Source of the DNA: a virus
Length of the DNA stretch: 64,000 bases
Direction: 5' to 3' (one strand)
IMG/VR virus record: IMGVR_UViG_3300021135_000003
Part shown: positions 15,724-26,032 of the stretch, in pieces
Layout of the letters: each line of letters starts with the position of its first letter
How positions within the stretch are numbered: the first letter of the stretch is position 1
Translations under genes and position numbers: made by a program
The notes under the pieces: generated by a model
Databases searched by the model: none
Told to the model about the DNA's origin: nothing
Seen by the model: the letters and a program-made list of their open reading frames with translations, nothing else

Positions 15724-16299
15724 ATGCACAATGTGTTAGTCATAGACGATGTTATTGATGAAGAATCTCAAGATTTATTAGAGAACAGCATATTCTCTCC
15801 GCAAACTCAGTGGACATTTGGAAGAACTGTTTTCTGTGATAAACACTTAGAGGTTACTGACGCACAGAGAAAATCATTAATGTCATTCACTAAATCACTT
15901 TATAGAAACGATGATAATTTTTCAGATAAAGATTTAGGTTTGTATACTAGACCACTTCTTGGTAGGTTTAATAATCTATTGACAGCAAGAATCCAGTTAC
16001 AACTTCCAATCATAACAGAATTAAATAAAAAATATGGCGTGCCCCATGTTGATGGTGTGCGCCCATTTCCATTTAAAGTTGCTGTTTATTATGTTAATGA
16101 AGTAGATGGACCAACTGTATTGTTCAAACAAACGACAAATACATCTACTCCAGAAGAAATCAAAGCAGGTAATGTTGATGTTGCTTGTGAAATAGAACCA
16201 AAAAAAGGAAGATTAATTATATTTGATGGAAACATATATCATGCAGTTGGAAAACCTAAAACAGATTTGAGATGTATAATTAATTACAATTTTATATGA
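15724..16299 (+). CDS. 2OG-Fe(II) oxygenase
   Basis: PHVD, VYYVNEVDGPT, PKKGRLIIFDG..YHA, R..INYNF. Confidence 0.8.
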   Translation: MHNVLVIDDVIDEESQDLLENSIFSPQTQWTFGRTVFCDKHLEVTDAQRKSLMSFTKSLYRNDDNFSDKDLGLYTRPLLGRFNNLLTARIQLQLPIITELNKKYGVPHVDGVRPFPFKVAVYYVNEVDGPTVLFKQTTNTSTPEEIKAGNVDVACEIEPKKGRLIIFDGNIYHAVGKPKTDLRCIINYNFI

Positions 16300-16949
16300 T
16301 ACATATTCTTGATAACTTTTACACAAACCCACAAGAAGTAACAAAGTTACTGAACAATGATTACCCCATTTCTGGTTGTGGCACTGGGAATAGAAGTATT
16401 CCATTACAAGATATGAATCCTTCATTGTATAATGATTTTTGTGGGGCAATATACAACATACATAATATAAATCCAACTGGTTTAAAACTTACTACTTTCT
16501 TCATGGAGCATGAATCAAATCCAATTGAAGTATTTAATAAGAAATGGATTCATATAGATGGCAAGAATCCAAATATCTGCATGATGAGTATGGAAGAATA
16601 TAAATTAATTCTATGTGGTCAGATTTTTCTAAGCGAAGATCCAGATCCAGAATGTGGAGTTAAGATATGCGAGTTAAAACCAGAAGTAAAATGGACTGAG
16701 AAAGAATTGATTGAGAATTGTATCGACAATTATACTCTACCAAGAAACAAGTATGATGCTGGTATTATTGACATTCAAGAATATGAAAGATTACATGCAG
16801 AATACCACAATAATTTTAATTTGACCTGTGATATTAAAAATAAGTATAATAGAATGGTAAGCTGGAAAGCAGGAACTCTTCATGGTGACCCAATAACTAA
16901 TAAAATGCGTAAAAGATTAACTCAATACTTCTTTGTTGAAAGATTATGA
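16296..16949 (+). CDS. 2OG-Fe(II) oxygenase-like (DUF6445-like)
   Basis: ILDNFY.NP, WIHID, NKYNRMV..LHG, RLTQYFF. Confidence 0.7.
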   Translation: MIHILDNFYTNPQEVTKLLNNDYPISGCGTGNRSIPLQDMNPSLYNDFCGAIYNIHNINPTGLKLTTFFMEHESNPIEVFNKKWIHIDGKNPNICMMSMEEYKLILCGQIFLSEDPDPECGVKICELKPEVKWTEKELIENCIDNYTLPRNKYDAGIIDIQEYERLHAEYHNNFNLTCDIKNKYNRMVSWKAGTLHGDPITNKMRKRLTQYFFVERL

Positions 16950-17674
16950 AAACATATTCAGTTCAAACATATGATAATGTAGTCCCAGATGATTTACGTT
17001 GGAGAGTCTGGGATTATATACAAAAACAAACCTTCCACGCTACACGCAAAGATGTCAATTATCCAGAAGTAGGTTCTGTCATATATTATAAACCCATAGA
17101 AAATAAAAAAGAATACCTAGACGAAACTTTTCCATCAGTGAATAACCAATACATGCATCGTTGTGTTTTTGGTTTACGTGGAGAAGGACATCCAGTTATT
17201 GAAGAACTTTGGGGGTATATAAACAAAAATATTGGTGGTAATTTTATTATTGATGGTGATACTGAAGGTATGGCTGATCCAAAGTTAGGAACAAATGCCT
17301 ATTCTCTTTGCTATGTTAATGCTCAACCATCAGAAACAATCAAACGATCGCATGCTATACATAGAGATACTATCAATCTAGAAGAAGAAAATCATTATAC
17401 TATACTGTATATGGCAAATCTTCAATGGTATCCAACTTGGATGGCAGAGAATGTATTCTATTCAGATGATGAAACAACAGGCGATCATCAAGAATACCAA
17501 AAAGGTTTTGGTCAGTCAAGAGGATTTGGAGTTGGTTATCCATTTGCAATTGTACCACCAATTCCTGGACGTGTAGTTGTATATGATGGCAGAGCACTTC
17601 ATACAACAAAACCAACAGCCCCATGGGCAGAAGAAATGCGATACGCAGTAGTATTCAGAGTAAGGAAAATATGA
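16946..17674 (+). CDS. 2OG-Fe(II) oxygenase
   Basis: IHRD, PGRVVVYDGRALH, RYAVVFR. Confidence 0.75.
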   Translation: MKTYSVQTYDNVVPDDLRWRVWDYIQKQTFHATRKDVNYPEVGSVIYYKPIENKKEYLDETFPSVNNQYMHRCVFGLRGEGHPVIEELWGYINKNIGGNFIIDGDTEGMADPKLGTNAYSLCYVNAQPSETIKRSHAIHRDTINLEEENHYTILYMANLQWYPTWMAENVFYSDDETTGDHQEYQKGFGQSRGFGVGYPFAIVPPIPGRVVVYDGRALHTTKPTAPWAEEMRYAVVFRVRKI

Positions 17675-18363
17675 ACGAAGAACAAATGTCACCAGTTAAA
17701 AAGACTGTCCTACAATGTGATGGTCCAGAAACTATACATCAGTTGTGGTCAACGCCAATTGGTGTGTCAAGACCATTTACACAAGACTTCATTGAGAAGT
17801 TGAAAGAAGATGTATTCAAGTACGTTCTTCCACGTGCTCAAAAGAATAGCGTAAATGTTTGGGATCTACCTGATTTGCCTGATACTATTCTAGAAGTCCA
17901 GAAAAAGAAATTGGAGTTGGCTGAGAAAACTCTAACATTACATTCAGAGATGCCACTGCCACCAATGCGTATTGCTAAAGGTTACTTCAGACATATTCAT
18001 CCAAATGTTGAATATCGTATTACTCCACACCAGCATGGTTCAACTCTTGGTGTTGGTGTTTTCTATATTAAACTACAAAATGAAAATCCAGGTAATATGG
18101 TGTTCATTGATCCACGTGGTGGCGTCAATTGGTCTAATCAGTTTAGCCCATTCAAACGATTACGATTAGAGGAAGGTATGTTGATTGTAAATCCAGGTTA
18201 TCTAATCCATTATATTGAACCAACTGATTATCAGAAACCAGTTTATCAAGAAAGAGTGATGATCGTGTCCAACATACATAGAATGTATGAGGATTGGATT
18301 AAAGTGTTAGAAAATCAAGATAATGAGAAAATGATTAAGTATATGGCAGGTAATGAAGGTTAA
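17671..18363 (+). CDS. 2OG-Fe(II) oxygenase (TIGR02466-like)
   Basis: PHQH, GVFYI, FIDPR, PGYLIH, ERVMIVSN. Confidence 0.75.
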   Translation: MNEEQMSPVKKTVLQCDGPETIHQLWSTPIGVSRPFTQDFIEKLKEDVFKYVLPRAQKNSVNVWDLPDLPDTILEVQKKKLELAEKTLTLHSEMPLPPMRIAKGYFRHIHPNVEYRITPHQHGSTLGVGVFYIKLQNENPGNMVFIDPRGGVNWSNQFSPFKRLRLEEGMLIVNPGYLIHYIEPTDYQKPVYQERVMIVSNIHRMYEDWIKVLENQDNEKMIKYMAGNEG

Positions 18364-18373
18364 GGAGAACAAT

Positions 18374-18574
18374 ATGACAGAAGAAATTAAACAACAATCA
18401 GCTTGGGCTGAACAATATCATGCTGAGAAATTGCTTAAGAAAGCAAAGAAAAAAGCAAGAAAAAGTTTACAATCAAAAGGTTTATCTAAATCAGAGGCAA
18501 CGAAACTTGTAAAGGGAGCAGTAAATAATATTGCCAACAAACCAATGCGTCGTGCTGCTGGTCGAGGTGGATAA
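18374..18574 (+). CDS. Small Lys/Arg-rich basic protein
   Basis: AAGGAG RBS; KKAKKKARK...RRAAGRGG. Confidence 0.7.
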   Translation: MTEEIKQQSAWAEQYHAEKLLKKAKKKARKSLQSKGLSKSEATKLVKGAVNNIANKPMRRAAGRGG

Positions 18575-19230
18575 TGTTTATTGGTTTAGAATTTGAGAGT
18601 AAATCTCCATTTCTACCTGAATTTAGTATACCTCTTAATAAGACGGTATTTAATCGATATGCTGAGTTGGGTAATGTTGTTTTAGAAAAAGAAACTTATA
18701 TTCTCGAAACAACAAAACCATATCCAGAACATGATAGTCATGATTGGCTAACAAATCGATTATATGAATACAACTTGCTTGACTACTCTTGTGAGTATCC
18801 TGTCTTAGAAGAATTTAAAAAATTCATATATGATTCGTATGTAGAATACTGTGGTATAATTAATGCGCCAGTTGAACAAGTATATGCAAATTGCTGGGCA
18901 AATGTTATTCGAAATAATAATAGGACTATTACTCCCCATACACATTCTGATGCTCATATAGATGCGCCTTTAAACTATTCTTACGTATCAGGCAATATAT
19001 GTATTAGTGCTAATCAAACAAAAACACATTATGCAAATCCATTTTTACCAAAACAAGCATATGGTATTGCTAACATACCAGGAGAGTTAATATTATTTCC
19101 CTCATGGGTTCTCCATTGGGTTGATAAAAATGAAAACGAAGAGCCAAGAATTAGTATAGCATTTGACATTGTTACAGAAGAAGTATTTAAACTACCATCC
19201 CAACGTAAAAATAATTTTAGAAAATTATGA
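18574..19230 (+). CDS. 2OG-Fe(II) oxygenase
   Basis: WANV, PHTH, SGN, LFPSWVLHWV, RISIAFD. Confidence 0.8.
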   Translation: MFIGLEFESKSPFLPEFSIPLNKTVFNRYAELGNVVLEKETYILETTKPYPEHDSHDWLTNRLYEYNLLDYSCEYPVLEEFKKFIYDSYVEYCGIINAPVEQVYANCWANVIRNNNRTITPHTHSDAHIDAPLNYSYVSGNICISANQTKTHYANPFLPKQAYGIANIPGELILFPSWVLHWVDKNENEEPRISIAFDIVTEEVFKLPSQRKNNFRKL

Positions 19231-19823
19231 TCGAAGTAATTGATAATTTGTTAACCCCATCGTATTGTGATTCAATTTACAATTTGGCCAAATATCATTT
19301 GTCGTATCAATATTCATTAAAAACATCATACACTAATGAACAAGATGCGCCACCATTATTGTATGATCCATTAGTAAAAGATGCTGGTCAATTATCATGC
19401 GTTGTACAAGATAGCGATCTTAGACAAAATATAACATTTGGTTGGGCATATGAACAATTGAAACCAATATTCTATACAGTAAAGGATAAATTTCCTGAGT
19501 TAGAACTTGGTGGTAGTAACAGAGTTAAATTTAATATTTTACTACAACAAAAAGAGTTTCAGGGATTTTATAATCAACCACATGTTGATGTTCCAAGTCC
19601 AACGTATACAATGGTTTATTATTTGAATGATTGCGATGGTGATACTGTTATCTTTAATGAAAAATATACTGATAATCATGAGCCATTAAAACTAACAGTG
19701 GCTCAGCGTGTTTCTCCTAAGAAAAATAGAGCAGTGATATTTGAAGCAGATAGATATCACGCTTCTTCTAATCCTGTTACATCAGAAAATAGATTTGTAA
19801 TTAATTGGGTATTTTGGAAATGA
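19227..19823 (+). CDS. 2OG-Fe(II) oxygenase
   Basis: PHVD, YYLNDCDGDT, PKKNRAVIF..YHAS, RFVIN. Confidence 0.8.
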   Translation: MIEVIDNLLTPSYCDSIYNLAKYHLSYQYSLKTSYTNEQDAPPLLYDPLVKDAGQLSCVVQDSDLRQNITFGWAYEQLKPIFYTVKDKFPELELGGSNRVKFNILLQQKEFQGFYNQPHVDVPSPTYTMVYYLNDCDGDTVIFNEKYTDNHEPLKLTVAQRVSPKKNRAVIFEADRYHASSNPVTSENRFVINWVFWK

Positions 19824-21544
19824 ATAAAATGAATAAAGAAGATATTTGGATTCTTTCAGTTGCAGGATATATGCACAATGGATCTTGTTGTTTAATGAAA
19901 AATGGTGAAATTGTTTTCTACATAGAAGAAGAAAGATTAAGTAGAATTAAAGCAGAGAATATGCCAATGTTGGCTATTCTTGAGGTGAAGAAGTATACTG
20001 ATAGATTAGATTATCTGTTAATGGATGAACCCAATAAAAGAAATAATGAAAATCCATATATCAGACTTTGTCAGAAACTTGGTTTAATCCCAACAGGAGA
20101 TTTTAAGGGATTACCTGATCCATCAAAGACATTACACCACGATGCCCATGCGGCATCTGCTTTTTATAGTTCTGGATTTGATAAAGCAGTTTGTGTAACT
20201 GTTGATGGTGGTGGTTCTTATAAGCAGTGGTCAGATGATATAATGCACGATCGTTTACCACAAAATTCTATGAAAACTGAAGATGATATGTCAGTTAATA
20301 GAACACTGCATGGTTTAAATGTTGGAGTAGAAACTGAATCTGTTTATTTTATGGAATATCCATCAAAGACTGAACTTTTGTATAAACGACTATACAATCC
20401 ACTTTTACATAATTCTTACAACATCAATAATCTATATTTTTTTGAACCACACATTGGTCCAGGATTTTTATATGCAGCAGTTGCTGCTCATCTTGGTCAT
20501 GGTTCATTGGAATGTGGTAAGGCAATGGGATGGAGTTCTTACGGTAAACCTAATCCAAATTTAAATTTGTACAGAGAAGATGGATACGTTGATCGAAATA
20601 TGTACTTACCAAATACAAAAGACATATACATGACTACGTTGACTGGGTTTGATCGATATCCAGAAGAGGATTGGTGTTATGCTGTTCAAAAAGGTACTGA
20701 GAAATATGTTCTAAACTTAATATTATCTGCCATCAATAATAGTGGTTGTAAGAATGTAGTTCTCAGTGGTGGTTATATGCTTAATTGTGTAGCGAACTAC
20801 GAATACTTAAAGCATTTACCAGAGGGATGTAAACTATACATTGATCCACCTTCTAGTGATGCAGGTTTATCAATTGGATTGGCAAAGAAATTTTGGAATA
20901 GCAAATTTCCTTCACAACCAAAGAAACAAGAAACATTTTATCTTGGTCCACCACCTGATTACAAATTTGATTTGCCTTGCAATGAATTTTCTAGTAAAAT
21001 AGTATCGTATGCTGATGTTGTTGATCTGTTGGTTGATGGTAATATTATTGCAATGTATCAAGGTAGATCAGAAGCTGGACCAAGAGCACTAGGCAATAGA
21101 TCTATCCTTTATGATCCACGTGTGAAGGATGGTAAAGATTTTGTCAATAGAATAAAGAACAGAGAATGGTATAGACCATTTGCTGGAACTATTTTAAAAG
21201 AAGATGTTCATGAATGGTTTGATATGCGTGGGCTTGAAGATTCTCCATTCATGATGTATGCTGTAAATGCAACAGATAAGGCGAAAGAAATTGTACCAGC
21301 AATTATCCACGTTGATGGAACATGTCGTATTCAAACAGTAACATTGGAAGAAAATTTACACTACTACAATTTGATAACAAAATTCAAAGAAGTCACTGGT
21401 GTTCCAATTTTATTCAATACTAGTTTTAACTTGGCTGGCGATCCTTTAGTTGAAACAATGACAGATGCGCTGGATACACTACGTAGATCAGAAATAAAAT
21501 ATTTGTACTTACCAGAAAGAAGCGAATTGATATGGAAATTATAG
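19820..21544 (+). CDS. Carbamoyltransferase (NodU/CmcH/TobZ family)
   Basis: EEERLSRIK, HHDAHAASAF, VDGGG, SGGYMLNC, GRSEAGPRALGNRSIL, KNREWYRPFA, HVDGTCRIQTV, NTSFN. Confidence 0.93.
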   Translation: MNKMNKEDIWILSVAGYMHNGSCCLMKNGEIVFYIEEERLSRIKAENMPMLAILEVKKYTDRLDYLLMDEPNKRNNENPYIRLCQKLGLIPTGDFKGLPDPSKTLHHDAHAASAFYSSGFDKAVCVTVDGGGSYKQWSDDIMHDRLPQNSMKTEDDMSVNRTLHGLNVGVETESVYFMEYPSKTELLYKRLYNPLLHNSYNINNLYFFEPHIGPGFLYAAVAAHLGHGSLECGKAMGWSSYGKPNPNLNLYREDGYVDRNMYLPNTKDIYMTTLTGFDRYPEEDWCYAVQKGTEKYVLNLILSAINNSGCKNVVLSGGYMLNCVANYEYLKHLPEGCKLYIDPPSSDAGLSIGLAKKFWNSKFPSQPKKQETFYLGPPPDYKFDLPCNEFSSKIVSYADVVDLLVDGNIIAMYQGRSEAGPRALGNRSILYDPRVKDGKDFVNRIKNREWYRPFAGTILKEDVHEWFDMRGLEDSPFMMYAVNATDKAKEIVPAIIHVDGTCRIQTVTLEENLHYYNLITKFKEVTGVPILFNTSFNLAGDPLVETMTDALDTLRRSEIKYLYLPERSELIWKL

Positions 21545-22182
21545 ACCCATGGTCACCAATTATTTTTAGAGACAGTTACTTGGGGACTGATTTCAAAAAA
21601 ATGATTGAGCGATATAAAACATTCGAGAAAGATATTCCAGGTAATGGAGATGTTGAGCGTGATGGTGGACAAAGTTCTGTGTCATATTCTAGAACTACTC
21701 ACGATCATCCACATCTTTGGCCAGAACTGGAAGGTTTCAGAAATCATTTAGATTCTATTCTAGACGAAGTGCTTACTCGCTGGCAAATTAATGGCATTCC
21801 ATATAGACCAACAGATAGTTGGATGAATGAACATCCAAAAGGAGCATGGACAGATGAACACAATCATAAGGGAGCAAACTTTGTAGTAGTTTATTATATC
21901 CATGTTCCAGAAAATAGTGGCACGTTAATGGTAAGAGATCCAATGGAATATCATTGGGGAGGTTCTCATGGAATGCAAATTAGAGGAACTGCTGGTGATA
22001 GTATTTGGTATCACATAGGTCCAGTAAAGACTGGTGATATAATTATGTTTCCTGGATGGATATACCACAAAACAGAAAAAAATCAAGTTGATGAATCAAG
22101 ATATGTGATGAGTATAAATTTTTCCAGTGTTAGAATGAATACTAAACTTTTGGAAGATAATAACAATAAAGTGTATGGATAA
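21532..22182 (+). CDS. 2OG-Fe(II) oxygenase (TIGR02466-like)
   Basis: SWMN, EHNH, VYYI, MFPGWIYH, RYVMSIN. Confidence 0.8.
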   Translation: MEIIDPWSPIIFRDSYLGTDFKKMIERYKTFEKDIPGNGDVERDGGQSSVSYSRTTHDHPHLWPELEGFRNHLDSILDEVLTRWQINGIPYRPTDSWMNEHPKGAWTDEHNHKGANFVVVYYIHVPENSGTLMVRDPMEYHWGGSHGMQIRGTAGDSIWYHIGPVKTGDIIMFPGWIYHKTEKNQVDESRYVMSINFSSVRMNTKLLEDNNNKVYG

Positions 22183-22853
22183 TGCTAATATTTTTAAATT
22201 ACCCAACGAACTCTGACTTTATACCAGAATGGACTTTACCAATCTTTAAAACAAATTACTCTGATTCAAATAAATTCATTGAGATAATTTTAAATAAAGA
22301 ACAATCTATACTGGATTTGAGTAAAGATGACTACTCAAAATATGGAACTATGAAACCAGGAGAAACTCTTAATAATTGGGTGAGTGCTAGTATACCACAT
22401 TATAATTTCTTTGAAAGTGATGATGAAGAAATCATTGGTCTAAAAAATTTTATAAAGAAATCATATGTAGATATGGTGACTGGAATGAAACTACCAGATG
22501 AAGAAGTTTATATTCATGGATGGATTAATATAGTTCGAAAAGGTAGAAAGATAGAAGCGCACAATCATACTAATGGCCATCTTGAATCAAAAACCTATTC
22601 AAGCGCATATCTTTCTGGTAATCTTTGTATAAATGCAGAAAACACAACTACCAATTATAGATCACCTTACCTTGAGCAGATGTGGCAAAGAATACCAAAT
22701 GTTAATGGGGATATGGTTTTGTTTCCAAGTTTCGTTATGCACGATACATCTATAAACAATTCAGAAACTCCAAGATTATCAATCGCATTTGATATTTTAC
22801 CAGAACGTGTGTATATGATGTTGAATAACAAAAATATTTTTTGTAAACTTTGA
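22182..22853 (+). CDS. 2OG-Fe(II) oxygenase (paralog of 18574..19230)
   Basis: WINI, AHNH, LSGNLCI, LFPSFVMH, RLSIAFD. Confidence 0.8.
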   Translation: MLIFLNYPTNSDFIPEWTLPIFKTNYSDSNKFIEIILNKEQSILDLSKDDYSKYGTMKPGETLNNWVSASIPHYNFFESDDEEIIGLKNFIKKSYVDMVTGMKLPDEEVYIHGWINIVRKGRKIEAHNHTNGHLESKTYSSAYLSGNLCINAENTTTNYRSPYLEQMWQRIPNVNGDMVLFPSFVMHDTSINNSETPRLSIAFDILPERVYMMLNNKNIFCKL

Positions 22854-22862
22854 AAGATACCT

Positions 22863-22997
22863 ATGCCTAGATTTTGTTGTGATAACCTATGCAATCAGGG
22901 ACGTGATTGCCCCCAAAGAACGCAACATCAAATGCGTTTCTATAATTTAATCCAATCAATTAAAGGACTATATGCTAGAATGTTTAATCGCAGGTGA
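22863..22997 (+). CDS. Small Cys-rich peptide (44 aa, not in ORF track)
   Basis: CCDNLCNQGRDCP motif recurrent in phage small proteins. Confidence 0.55.
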   Translation: MPRFCCDNLCNQGRDCPQRTQHQMRFYNLIQSIKGLYARMFNRR

Positions 22998-23373
22998 TTC
23001 AATAGCAGTTGGAATTGCCAACGTAAGGAAAGAATGCGTTTCGTATTCTAAGGGTGGAATTAATTCAAAACAATGGCTTGATAAGAATATTCAGAATATG
23101 CCACTCCAAGCACGTCATGTTATTATCTCGCTTGGATCAAACGATCATAAGTATATCAAGACAGAAGAAGAACTGCGCAATATTCGTAAACTAACAAATG
23201 CTCAGGTAGTTTACTGGGTAATGCCAAGCGATAAGTTTCCAGCAGCGCAGTCAGCAGTTTGGCATATCGCAAATGAGAACAATGACATAATCCTTGGAAC
23301 AAAACGATATCAAGCAGATGGTGTTCATCCAAGTTGGGCTGGTTATAAAGAAATTGCAAAGGCATCCGAATGA
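22972..23373 (+). CDS. SGNH/GDSL hydrolase-like protein
   Basis: GDS, GSND, DGVHP blocks. Confidence 0.75.
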   Translation: MLECLIAGDSIAVGIANVRKECVSYSKGGINSKQWLDKNIQNMPLQARHVIISLGSNDHKYIKTEEELRNIRKLTNAQVVYWVMPSDKFPAAQSAVWHIANENNDIILGTKRYQADGVHPSWAGYKEIAKASE

Positions 23374-23436
23374 GTAATGGTGGAAAACCCGAGAAAACAG
23401 ACTAGATTTCCCTCCAGTTTATCGTCGTTTAACAGA

Positions 23437-23650
23437 TAACCCTACCAAAAGTAGGGTTTTTTCGCATTTTGGAGCACGTAAGTTATTGATTTAGAAGGGG
23501 ATTTTAGAGTCATATTTCGCTTTACTTTAATCCAGAAAACAGGTATACTTACTGTATGATAATTGAAAAGGATCTGAAGTCGGTAAAACCCTCAAAAGTT
23601 GAGGGGAATGCAAAAAATACCTTTACTTTAATCCGATTCTGTAGTAAACT
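23437..23650 (+). promoter_or_regulatory. Two tandem stem-loop/promoter cassettes with an IHF-like site
   Basis: AACCCTAC/GTAGGGTT hairpin, TAAGTTATTGATT 23479-91, TTTACT-17-TATACT 23521-49, CCCTCAA/TTGAGGG hairpin, TTTACT-17-TAAACT 23622-50. Confidence 0.75.
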
Positions 23651-23682
23651 ATATGTATAAATTGATTGAAATGGAAAATACT

Positions 23683-24579
23683 ATGAAAACTCTGATCTCC
23701 TTTGACTCCGCTTCTGGAAAATTCGTTGGTACTGTTGATGGAAAAGTTGTTGTTCGTTCTAAGTACGAATCAGCTGTTAAAGCTCGTCTGAACGAAATGT
23801 CTGGCACTATCGCTGAAGCCCAGAAAGCATTCGAAGAGAAATCTGAGAAGTTCGATATCAACACTCGTTTCGGTTTCGTTGAGAAACTCGTGACTATGGT
23901 TGCGTCTGGTGTTCAACCCTCCGCTGTTATCACTGGTGAAGGTGGTCTCGGTAAGACTTATACCGTGACTAAGACTTTGGAAGCCCATGGCTACAAAGAT
24001 ATCTCTGACCTCGCTGACTTCGATGTCGGTGCTGTTATCTCTACTCGCAAATGTTTTACTTTCGTCAAGGGTTATAGCACTGCCAAGGGTTTGTATCGTA
24101 CCCTGTTCGAAAACAATAAGTCAATTATCGTTTTTGATGACTGCGATGCTGTTCTTAAAGATCCAGTTGCTCTTAACATCCTCAAAGGTGCGTTGGATTC
24201 CTACGGTAAGCGTATTATCTCTTGGAATGCTGATATGCGTGACGACGACCTACCTAAGTCATTCAACTTTGAAGGTCGTGTGATCTTTATCTCTAACATG
24301 AGTCAAGATAAAATCGACCAAGCGATCCGTAGTCGCTCTATGATGATTGACTTATCCATGACTACTAGCCAAAAGATTGACCGCATGGAACATATCTCTA
24401 AGTTAGAAGAATTCCTCCCTGAGTACGACCAGTTGGTTAAATCTGATGCGCTCGCCCTAATCCGTGCGATCAAGGATGATGTTAAGGAAATTTCCCTCCG
24501 TACTCTTATCGCTGTTGCCAAGGTTCGTGCTTCCAATAAAGATTGGAAAGACCTTGCAACTTATATGTTAACTGCTTAA
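23683..24579 (+). CDS. AAA+ family ATPase
   Basis: Walker A GEGGLGKT, Walker B IIVFDD, FISN, AIRSR. Confidence 0.85.
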   Translation: MKTLISFDSASGKFVGTVDGKVVVRSKYESAVKARLNEMSGTIAEAQKAFEEKSEKFDINTRFGFVEKLVTMVASGVQPSAVITGEGGLGKTYTVTKTLEAHGYKDISDLADFDVGAVISTRKCFTFVKGYSTAKGLYRTLFENNKSIIVFDDCDAVLKDPVALNILKGALDSYGKRIISWNADMRDDDLPKSFNFEGRVIFISNMSQDKIDQAIRSRSMMIDLSMTTSQKIDRMEHISKLEEFLPEYDQLVKSDALALIRAIKDDVKEISLRTLIAVAKVRASNKDWKDLATYMLTA

Positions 24580-24596
24580 TTTTGAAAGGATATATT

Positions 24597-24800
24597 ATGT
24601 TGGCTTACTGTGATTATATGGCAAAAGTTATAAATGACGCACTGAAGAAAGACAGCCATGAGTATGGTACGTTTGTTGATTCAGTGGGTCGTGTGAACTA
24701 TGATCTTGGTCCACGTGGTGAATTTCTTAGCACTAAGAAAACCATGACTGTGGTTGATCGTAATGGTAAAAATTATATTGTAACTGTTCAGGAGATTTGA
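24597..24800 (+). CDS. Hypothetical protein
   Basis: AAAGGA RBS. Confidence 0.65.
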   Translation: MLAYCDYMAKVINDALKKDSHEYGTFVDSVGRVNYDLGPRGEFLSTKKTMTVVDRNGKNYIVTVQEI

Positions 24801-24801
24801 T

Positions 24802-25002
24802 ATGATTAATTTAGAGAACTATCAGTCCAAGGGTTTGCCACTATACAAAGGTATCCCGATCGAAAACCTAACAGAAGTTCAGGCGCATTTCCGTAAAAAC
24901 ATTCGTGGAATTCGCTATATATTTCGTGGTCCTCGTTTTGATAGCATGCGTTGCTCCACTCGTAAGAAACACGCACATTCGTTTGACATTTATAGGAAAT
25001 AA
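24802..25002 (+). CDS. Hypothetical protein
   Basis: AGGAG RBS. Confidence 0.6.
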   Translation: MINLENYQSKGLPLYKGIPIENLTEVQAHFRKNIRGIRYIFRGPRFDSMRCSTRKKHAHSFDIYRK

Positions 25003-25003
25003 T

Positions 25004-25165
25004 ATGGACACTCTGCAACAAATTGAAACTCGCGCATTCCTGGAACTCATTGAAGTAATGAAGAAACTAGAGATCGATCTAGGTATCGCCAATCATCAGT
25101 TGGAAATGGCTCGTGATCGTATTGCTCAACTAGAATCTGAAGTCTATGGAGGAACTACCCAATGA
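25004..25165 (+). CDS. Small coiled-coil protein
   Basis: AGGA RBS; heptad pattern. Confidence 0.6.
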   Translation: MDTLQQIETRAFLELIEVMKKLEIDLGIANHQLEMARDRIAQLESEVYGGTTQ

Positions 25166-25293
25166 AGGTAAAGAAACTAATCAAGAAGATGTACAGAGCA
25201 ATTCTCCGCTCCGATAAGCCAGCCGAGAAGAAATTCTATCTAAAGATCCTAAAGAAATCCCTCAAGCATAAGCATACGGAAGCAGTGCAATGA
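25162..25293 (+). CDS. Small basic protein (43 aa, not in ORF track)
   Basis: GGAGG RBS; ATGA coupling at both ends; MKVKKLIKKMYRAIL... Confidence 0.6.
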   Translation: MKVKKLIKKMYRAILRSDKPAEKKFYLKILKKSLKHKHTEAVQ

Positions 25294-25538
25294 CCACATT
25301 CACTACCGAAGATCGCATCAAAGCCACTAGCCAACACTACGCCATTCTTACTCTATCCGAGAAGTTTGTTGATGTAGTGGGTTATATTAAAGAACATAAT
25401 CTACCCTATGAGGTTCATGCCAATCGCACTAGGTTTTGGGTTCCTGAGGAATTGCTTTCAGAATTCGTTAGTACCTATGGTGGCTACTGTGACTTTGTTC
25501 CATTCGATCAAAACCTAATGACAGGACAACCAGAATGA
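25290..25538 (+). CDS. Hypothetical protein
   Basis: MTTFTTEDR start; coupled. Confidence 0.6.
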   Translation: MTTFTTEDRIKATSQHYAILTLSEKFVDVVGYIKEHNLPYEVHANRTRFWVPEELLSEFVSTYGGYCDFVPFDQNLMTGQPE

Positions 25539-25765
25539 AAACCATCTCCGATCTTATTATAGAATTACACGATCTTGCAAGAAACCAACCAGATATGCGA
25601 ACTGATATCGCCATACGAAATATAGCAAATGAACTGGCTCGTATCGGAAATGAACAGCATGAGAACTTACTTGCTGGGGATAAGATTATGTCAGACAAAG
25701 GATATTCCCTATCCACTCACGAGAAGCAAGCAGAATTCGCTCGGAAACGTAATTATGACTACTGA
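25535..25765 (+). CDS. Hypothetical protein
   Basis: ATGA-coupled. Confidence 0.6.
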   Translation: MKTISDLIIELHDLARNQPDMRTDIAIRNIANELARIGNEQHENLLAGDKIMSDKGYSLSTHEKQAEFARKRNYDY

Positions 25766-25855
25766 TGACCTATTCTGGCTGGCATTAACTATTATAATGA
25801 CACCAATATCAAGTCTACTCTGTTGCTGGTTAGGAATATTACTACAGGGGAAGAA

Positions 25856-26032
25856 ATGATTCTTGAACACTCCAAAGATCCCGTATCAGCCAAGTGGAAT
25901 GGTGACAAATGGGACATAGGCGAAAGAATCAAGTATCGCTGGATTGATAAAGATAGAACTGCTCGTAGCGAATGGTTCTATGATATAAATGAAGCATTAA
26001 ACTGGATAAAAGAATATGATGAATCAAAGTGA
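25856..26032 (+). CDS. Hypothetical protein
   Basis: Purine-rich RBS; Trp-rich. Confidence 0.55.
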   Translation: MILEHSKDPVSAKWNGDKWDIGERIKYRWIDKDRTARSEWFYDINEALNWIKEYDESK

